Of a stretch of DNA of 32,000 nt, positions 26,528 to 32,000 are shown piece by piece. Under the pieces are notes generated by a model that saw only the letters and a list, made by a program, of their open reading frames with translations, was not told where the DNA came from and did not search any database. The position numbers were made by a program, and so were the translations under genes. The DNA comes from Candidatus Poseidoniaceae archaeon (GTDB taxonomy: Archaea > Thermoplasmatota > Poseidoniia > Poseidoniales > Poseidoniaceae), in the NCBI GenBank assembly GCA_943789275.1, contig CALSTM010000002.1, forward strand, positions 360,001 to 392,000. The letters are read 5' to 3'. Positions within the stretch are counted from its first letter, which is position 1, and the number at the start of each line of letters is the position of its first letter.

Positions 26528-27430
26528 GTGTCGAGAACCCGTGTCTACCTTATCTCGATGCTTCTCGTTGTATTGGTGATGGCGTCTACTCTACCTCATG
26601 CGACCTCTTCGTCTATCGATGATGACGAATTTGCAACGCTACTTGATGTGATTATTTTTGATGCGGAGTGTACGCATTCCAACACGCCATGCGAAGGTCA
26701 GCGAATTCAGCATCTTGTCGAATATTACGGTGCAGATTGGTGTGAACCATGCGAGTTGATTGAAAACGAGATGGATCAGATGAACCGAAGCGATACCTTC
26801 GTTCTGCAGCATCACCCTTCAGTCGTCGATGAATCCTTCTTGAGCGCTTCAAAATTGAGATTTGAGACTGAGCATCGACTTTTGTTCATACCAAGTATCG
26901 TTATTGACGGCCAGGGTCTTCTCACCGGTTCGAGTCAAGGATTAGAGCTCTCAAACGCATTGAGTCTTCGCAGTACAAACTTCACTGGTCTCTCAAATGT
27001 ATCTCTGTTGGACGGCAACCTCACATGGGATGCTTTTGGGGGAGATACCGTCAGCGTTTGGATCACAGAAGCCACATCCCATCCTACCCGAAATCGAACG
27101 CACCCGAACTTGGCGACGGGTATGATGGCGTTTAACTCCACAGCACAATACGGAAATATTTCTTCAATGATGAGTGGAAATGAAGAATCAATTGTCGTTA
27201 TTTTAGAGAAGACTGGGACGTATCGTCTGGTGACCGATTCTCAAAACCCCACAGGAGGGTTTGATGTTTACGACGGCAATACATCGAATGCTGACCAAAA
27301 CACGAATCAACGCTCACCAGGGCTTGAAGCATCGGTTTGGACTGTCATTCTAATCCTATCTCTTCTCCCAGCAATCTACATGCGATGGTCGATTTCAAAA
27401 CAAACCCATCCTGCTCAAGAAGAGGAGTAA
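26528..27430 (+). CDS. Secreted, C-terminally anchored thioredoxin-fold protein (WCEPC active site)
   Basis: Signal peptide MSRTRVYLISMLLVVLVMASTLPHATSS, then LVEYYGADWCEPCELIENEM (WCxPC at 26738-26752), and a C-terminal TM helix VWTVILILSLLPAIYM. The GTG start at 26528 is only 12 bp from the ctaA ATG; an alternative ATG lies at 26558. Confidence 0.65.
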   Translation: MSRTRVYLISMLLVVLVMASTLPHATSSSIDDDEFATLLDVIIFDAECTHSNTPCEGQRIQHLVEYYGADWCEPCELIENEMDQMNRSDTFVLQHHPSVVDESFLSASKLRFETEHRLLFIPSIVIDGQGLLTGSSQGLELSNALSLRSTNFTGLSNVSLLDGNLTWDAFGGDTVSVWITEATSHPTRNRTHPNLATGMMAFNSTAQYGNISSMMSGNEESIVVILEKTGTYRLVTDSQNPTGGFDVYDGNTSNADQNTNQRSPGLEASVWTVILILSLLPAIYMRWSISKQTHPAQEEE

Positions 27431-27438
27431 TTCTTTGG

Positions 27439-27460
27439 TTGAACCTTGGGGTAGGTTCAA
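27439..27460 (+). terminator. Perfect 8-bp stem-loop 9 nt after the stop codon (candidate terminator or RNA-stability element)
   Basis: TTGAACCT-tggggt-AGGTTCAA read directly, preceded by the T-rich ttctttggtt. A terminator function is only inferred. Confidence 0.3.
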
Positions 27461-27509
27461 GAAGAGTAGGCAGGTCGCCAAACTGCGGGTGTTCCCGTAA
27501 GTGAATCTC

Positions 27510-27764
27510 ATGGTTAAGCCAGCACGACTCCACACACGATTTGAAAGAGCTCGAATTATCGGTGCACGCGCACTCCAAATTGGAATGGGAGCACCACTTT
27601 ACGCAAACGAAGAAGTCCTGCGTGAGGCTTTTAGAGAAGAACTCATTTCTCTCTATGGTCTTGAAGAAGCATCGGTACGCTTCGTTCTCGACCCTCTTAA
27701 GATTGCGTTGTATGAGTACGAACACGAACTCATCCCAATCGATATTGACCCTCACGAAGACTAA
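27510..27764 (+). CDS. rpoK: DNA-directed RNA polymerase subunit K (Rpo6, omega homolog)
   Basis: [22 protein letters not shown] ... [17 protein letters not shown] is the canonical Rpo6 core, with about 25 extra residues between the two conserved blocks. ATG at 27510. Confidence 0.85.
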   Translation: MVKPARLHTRFERARIIGARALQIGMGAPLYANEEVLREAFREELISLYGLEEASVRFVLDPLKIALYEYEHELIPIDIDPHED

Positions 27765-28861
27765 TTGTCCTTAGGAGTCGCAAAGCCGTAAAATTCGGCT
27801 TGCTTGATATCTGGCAATGCCTCTCTTTTCACAAGCAGCGTGCGCACAGCCCACAAATCGACAAAAACTCTGTACTTTGTCGTAGCATCGAGATAATCAA
27901 CGCCACTGGAACCACCGGTGCCCATTCGACGTCCTATCATTCGCTCAACCATTCGAGCATGTGCGGAACGGAACAAAATCATCGATTGTTCAAGTCCAAC
28001 AAAAGAATCAATGAGTTTTCGAGGCCATGAGAGCAATGGAAGTTCTCTGTACGATTCGATGAACAAAAGACCAGCTCGAGAACGTGAAATCACACCGTCG
28101 GGACGAAGGAAGTTTTCGGCTTGTTCCGTTGATGCCTCAATTCGAGCACGAACAGGCGCTTCTTCTCCGTGACCAATAGCCACGATGTGAGCAATGACCT
28201 CCTCACCGTGAGACCTCATAGCGTCCAGATGTTGGTCAACAAAGGCAGTGAGCACCTCAGGGTCCTCTTTGGAGCCAGGCAATGAACCGTTGATTGGTGT
28301 ACGTGCGAGCCAAGCCGACAGCGCAGCGCATAACGATGGTTGATTGGAGGTTTCTTCAAATTCAGCGAGAACTTTGGCAGTAACCTTACCTTCTTGAGCT
28401 AACTTCTTCATGTGAAGTAATGGGTCCATGCCGCCCATGCGCTGAGCATTATCCAGGCCAAGTAGTACCTCAAGTTCCCTCATTTGCCATGACTCAAATC
28501 CAGAAGAAGTTCCAAGTTTATCGCGGAAAGCCAAGAAGCCTTGAGGGGTCAAAGTTTCCATCACTTTCCATTGGTTCGAAAGCAAACGGAATATTTCAGT
28601 CACTCGGTCCAAGTGGTGAACCATTTGCGGTAATTTCTCTTCAGGAACATGCTCTTGGTTGAGCAGAAGGTGAGTTTCTTTCAACTCACGAAGAATGAGT
28701 TTGAACCATAATTCAAACGCTTGGTGAACCACAATAAAATGCTGCTCGTCGTTCGAAGGTGCTGGACTGTATCCCTCAGGGCCGTCTTGAAGAGTGAGCA
28801 ACTCGTTAAGTCGAAGATAGCCTCCGTAAGTCATGCGGTGGGATGGAGCGCCTTCGGTCAT
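27761..28861 (-). CDS. kynA: Tryptophan 2,3-dioxygenase (heme-dependent; first step of the kynurenine pathway)
   Basis: [37 protein letters not shown] (distal His region), and [28 protein letters not shown] (proximal His plus the GTGGSSG motif). Confidence 0.88.
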   Translation of the reverse strand: MTEGAPSHRMTYGGYLRLNELLTLQDGPEGYSPAPSNDEQHFIVVHQAFELWFKLILRELKETHLLLNQEHVPEEKLPQMVHHLDRVTEIFRLLSNQWKVMETLTPQGFLAFRDKLGTSSGFESWQMRELEVLLGLDNAQRMGGMDPLLHMKKLAQEGKVTAKVLAEFEETSNQPSLCAALSAWLARTPINGSLPGSKEDPEVLTAFVDQHLDAMRSHGEEVIAHIVAIGHGEEAPVRARIEASTEQAENFLRPDGVISRSRAGLLFIESYRELPLLSWPRKLIDSFVGLEQSMILFRSAHARMVERMIGRRMGTGGSSGVDYLDATTKYRVFVDLWAVRTLLVKREALPDIKQAEFYGFATPKDN

Positions 28862-28923
28862 GGTTTAGGATAGGGGTCAAGCCCTTGAACTCTTCAGTCT
28901 ATTCAAATTGAATATTCCACTCC

Positions 28924-29280
28924 TTAAGATGACGAGACTTCGCCAGAGTAAAAGTATAGCCCGAACAAATAAGCGGCTACGGTCAAGAACAGTGCAATAC
29001 CAAGTGAAGGCCAAAACTCCAAACCTCTTCGAAGAAGAAGAGGTAAAGTCACGAAAAACAGGAGAGAAGGGATCACGAGCCAAAAAATACTCTGGCTAAA
29101 AATGGCCACTTTCCCAGCATCTCCCGTATCATAATACAACCAAAGAAGGGCAGCAATGGAAAGAATTGGGAGTGAGGCTACAAGTGCTCCAAAGACTTCG
29201 TTTTTCTTCGCAAGTTCACTGACGCCTACGACCAACCCACCTGAAAGAAGAATACGCAGTGAAAGTGTAAGCCATGCCAT
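28924..29280 (-). CDS. Small 4-TM membrane protein (DUF3147-like by recollection)
   Basis: MAWLTLSLRILLSGGLVVGVSELAKKNEVFGALVASLPILSIAALLWLY... I chose the ATG at 29280; the track ORF extends to 29364 with a non-hydrophobic, low-quality N-terminus. Confidence 0.55.
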   Translation of the reverse strand: MAWLTLSLRILLSGGLVVGVSELAKKNEVFGALVASLPILSIAALLWLYYDTGDAGKVAIFSQSIFWLVIPSLLFFVTLPLLLRRGLEFWPSLGIALFLTVAAYLFGLYFYSGEVSSS

Positions 29281-29426
29281 AAGAGCCAATTTATACTGGA
29301 GGTTTGTCTTTTTTTGGAGTGATATACCGATTGAGTAAAAATGAAGCGGGTTTCGAAAACCCAAATTATTGCTCTACAACAGAATCACATGATAACACTC
29401 ATATCACACATACTTGACCCCTCGAC

Positions 29427-30539
29427 ATGGGCGTAGATTCGGATACACTGGCGGGATGGCTCGCAGACTACGACCGTGACAACATCACCATTGGTGTCGT
29501 TGCATCTCACTCCTCCTTGCAAATCTTGCACGGAGCCCGCATGGAAGGTTTCCGTACGCTAGGAATTGCTGTAGGGGAAAACCGCAGACGGTTTTACAAA
29601 GCATTCCCTGGGGCCGAACCTGACGAATGGTTGATGCTTGAAAACTATCGAGAAATGCTCGATCATGCTGAATGGTTCCGAGAGCGCAATGTGGTCATTA
29701 TTCCTCACGGCTCACTTGTGGAATACCTCGGCTCATCGAATTTCCGTGAACTCCAAGTACCAACTTTTGGCAACAGAGGAATCTTGCATTGGGAAAGCAG
29801 CAGAGAACGCCAACGCCAATGGCTTGAAGCCGGAGGTTGCACGATGCCTAAGGTCCTTGAAGACCCTCACGATATCGACGGCCCGGTTATTGTCAAATAC
29901 GCTGGCGCTAAAGGTGGGCGTGGATACTTTATTGCTCGAAATTACCGAGACTTCCGACGAAACGTCGACATTGAAGAAGAATTCACAATTCAAGAATACG
30001 TCCTCGGTTGCAGATACTATCTGCACTTCTTTTTCGACCCTACAGCCACTGACGGCTTCCAAGTACAAGGCAAAGGTAGTCATGCAGGAAAGAATCTAGG
30101 CCGGTTGGAATTGCTTTCAATGGACCGAAGAGATGAATCCAATGTCGATGAATTTTACAAACTCGGTTCGCTACGTGATTTGCGAGAAATGTCACTAGAG
30201 CCGTCTTTTGTGGTCACCGGTAACCAACCGGTGGTCATTCGAGAATCACTGCTCCCCCGGGCCTTTGAGATGGCAGAAGGGACGGTTGCTGAATCGTTTG
30301 AACTTGAGGAAGGAAGCCGTGGTATGATTGGACCGTTCTGTCTTGAGACCATCGTGACCGATGCTCTCGAGTTCAAGGTGTTTGAAATCAGCGCACGTAT
30401 TGTCGCCGGGTCGAACCCGTTTGTGGGAGGTTCTCCTTATTCAGATATCAATGAAGAAAGAATGTCCACCGGCCGCCGTATTGCTCGTTCAATCCGTAAA
30501 GCAAGTGACAACGATTGCTTGGGCGACATTCTTTCTTGA
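29427..30539 (+). CDS. purP: 5-formaminoimidazole-4-carboxamide ribotide (FAICAR) synthetase, archaeal PurP (ATP-grasp)
   Basis: ITIGVVASHSSLQILHGARMEGFRTLGI, IIPHGSLVEYLG, IVKYAGAKGGRGYFIA, FCLETIVTDALEFKVFEISARIVAG; this matches the PurP family architecture. Confidence 0.85.
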   Translation: MGVDSDTLAGWLADYDRDNITIGVVASHSSLQILHGARMEGFRTLGIAVGENRRRFYKAFPGAEPDEWLMLENYREMLDHAEWFRERNVVIIPHGSLVEYLGSSNFRELQVPTFGNRGILHWESSRERQRQWLEAGGCTMPKVLEDPHDIDGPVIVKYAGAKGGRGYFIARNYRDFRRNVDIEEEFTIQEYVLGCRYYLHFFFDPTATDGFQVQGKGSHAGKNLGRLELLSMDRRDESNVDEFYKLGSLRDLREMSLEPSFVVTGNQPVVIRESLLPRAFEMAEGTVAESFELEEGSRGMIGPFCLETIVTDALEFKVFEISARIVAGSNPFVGGSPYSDINEERMSTGRRIARSIRKASDNDCLGDILS

Positions 30540-30598
30540 GAACAATGTTTCCGTATATGGAACGACACAGGCACCAAAGTCCGCTCAAAGCGAACGGT

Positions 30599-31843
30599 TC
30601 AGTCAGAATCACTGTTCGATAGCGATTCTAAATCAGGGGCGTTCGGAAGACTGTTAACCGTTGCCAAGTACTCCTCGAGGGAGACTGCTCCGTCACCGTC
30701 TTTGTCAGCCTTCTTGTGAATAACTTTGGCCTCTTCTACCGACATTCCGGTAGCAGTTGCGAGTTCTTCAACTGAAAGAAGAGCACTGCCATCAATATCT
30801 GCGGAATCAAAACTGTTCTTGAGTGAATCAAGTTGGGATTCTAGTTCACGCTTAAGGCGTTCTCTTTCAGCTTCCGAGGCGACCTCGAAGGAACAAACTT
30901 GCATAATCGGATCGCCGGCAGTCAACTCTGCAGAGAATTCTGTTAATTCTCCACCGTTGCTCACCATGATTTGGAACTTGGTTGGGTCTTTGGAACGTCG
31001 CTTCTTGTGCTTCTTGTAATAGTGGACATAGACGTGATATTGGCCACCAGGTGCTGTACCTTCCGGCCAAAACACGTTCTCAACAGGCTTACGAGTTTCT
31101 GCTCGGACGTTGGCATCAACATCCAATTCACCACCGCAGGCTGAGATTTTGTTTCCACCGTGAATACGCTCACCGGAAGGACATACAATGTGCAAATCAA
31201 GGTCATTGTAATTGTTCCACATAAGTGAAACCTGAACATCGGAAGATTTCGCACCTTCTCGCTCAAGTCGTGCTTGTAATTCCTTGATTGCCTTTGAGTT
31301 GGCGTTGTTCGATGCCACTTGCTCTTGTTGAGCATTTGCAATCTCCGCGAGGCGAGCCTCTTCGGCTGCCAAGAGATCTTCTTGCCGTTGTAACTCACGT
31401 TCTGCAGCAAGACGAGCCTCTTCTTGTTCTCTACGACGAGCTTCATCCTCTTCGTCACGAACTTTTTGAGCCGCTTCGTTTGCGAGGCGTGCCTCTTCCA
31501 AGGCTGCATTTCGAGCGTCTTCAGCGATTTGCTTGCGTTCTGCTTCTTGTTGGGCACGTGTCTGATTAAGTTGTTCTCGTGCTTGGCGTTCTGCATCTTC
31601 AAGAGCCAATCGACTTGATATGGTTTCTTGACGTCGACGACGGTTTTCAACGATGGCCAGTTTCCGATCAATCTCTTTCTTAGCGTTCCCAAAACCTGGA
31701 GCCTTGGTACCGTAACGTAGGCCTTCTGGATTCATACCTTGACGCACTGAAACAGTGATGTCTTTTCGAGTATAAATGTACCACAGACCGTAACAGAAAC
31801 CTCCACCTAGAGCGAAGGAAGCCACCAGATATGTTATCTCCAT
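30599..31843 (-). CDS. Membrane-anchored coiled-coil protein with a DLDLH/LDVD beta-type domain and a C-terminal EF-hand pair
   Basis: N-terminal TM helix MEITYLVASFALGGGFCYGLWYIY. An E/R/A/Q-rich helix covers aa ~60-200 with three EEARLA repeats. Then VQVSLMWNNYNDLDLHIVCPSGERIHGGNKISACGGELDVDANV...PVENVFWPEG..GGQYHVYVHYY. EF-hand loops DIDGSALLSVEE and DKDGDGAVSLEE follow. Confidence 0.75.
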   Translation of the reverse strand: MEITYLVASFALGGGFCYGLWYIYTRKDITVSVRQGMNPEGLRYGTKAPGFGNAKKEIDRKLAIVENRRRRQETISSRLALEDAERQAREQLNQTRAQQEAERKQIAEDARNAALEEARLANEAAQKVRDEEDEARRREQEEARLAAERELQRQEDLLAAEEARLAEIANAQQEQVASNNANSKAIKELQARLEREGAKSSDVQVSLMWNNYNDLDLHIVCPSGERIHGGNKISACGGELDVDANVRAETRKPVENVFWPEGTAPGGQYHVYVHYYKKHKKRRSKDPTKFQIMVSNGGELTEFSAELTAGDPIMQVCSFEVASEAERERLKRELESQLDSLKNSFDSADIDGSALLSVEELATATGMSVEEAKVIHKKADKDGDGAVSLEEYLATVNSLPNAPDLESLSNSDSD

Positions 31844-32000
31844 TGTATCACCCTAGGGAGTGCTAGTCTTTGGTAGCATCGGTTGATTGTCATTGGAATT
31901 AATTTCTTGACTGTTCTTGAATACTTTCTGGGACGTCGTACATTCATGGTTGCCTGTTTATAATCTCCCCGCCCTTAGGAGGTTCGTGCGAGAAATACAT

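Noticed and set aside
29348-29362. Palindrome GGGTTT-cga-AAACCC in the region between the small membrane protein gene and purP
   Set aside because: It is short and AT/GC-balanced and could arise by chance. Its status as intergenic depends on an uncertain start codon choice (29280 versus 29364). The support is not strong enough to call a regulatory site.
30961-31692. 243-aa minus-strand ORF overlapping the coiled-coil/EF-hand gene in another frame
   Set aside because: Its K/R/Q-rich low-complexity translation is produced by the GAR/GCN-rich repeat of the real coiled-coil frame. The 414-aa frame has coherent TM, domain and EF-hand features, so this is a frame-shadow ORF.
1-32000. CRISPR arrays, IS elements, toxin-antitoxin pairs or known defence systems
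   Set aside because: No spaced direct repeats or terminal inverted repeats were noticed by eye. All sizeable ORFs are accounted for by housekeeping or surface/KaiC-like functions. The only tandem repeats are the 30-bp PE-coding repeat and the loose EEARLA-coding periodicity.

Overview
The window looks archaeal. It carries a complete A-type ATP synthase operon in the order atpH-I-K-E-C-F-A-B-D, an Rpo6/RpoK subunit, PurP, and a type-II tRNA-Ser. GGAGG-type Shine-Dalgarno motifs precede several genes. Heme O and heme A synthase genes (ctaB, ctaA), a UbiE/MenG-type quinone methyltransferase and a tryptophan 2,3-dioxygenase point to an aerobic heterotroph. A marine Thermoplasmatota or MGII-like origin is only a guess from gene content. 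About 94% of the window is coding. Genes from 21142 down to 4457 form one nearly uninterrupted minus-strand array: pilin-like gene, three KaiC-like genes, ubiE, the atp operon, an M50-like gene, panE. I saw no CRISPR array, transposase, integrase or recognisable defence system. The most unusual items are listed here. (1) A ~115-aa insert in ATP synthase stator subunit I carries a His-rich tract and two canonical EF-hand loops. (2) Three KaiC/RecA-fold paralogs sit in tandem, one with an intact P-loop and two degenerate. They lie directly downstream of a pilin-like protein with a lamin-tail domain and across from a divergent ~984-aa anchored surface protein. (3) A site-2-protease (M50)-like membrane protein has lost HExxH and the Asp ligand and carries a large extracellular domain. 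(4) A second EF-hand protein combines a TM helix, an ER-rich coiled coil and a DLDLH/LDVD beta-type domain. All family calls come from reading the translations by eye; no database search was run.
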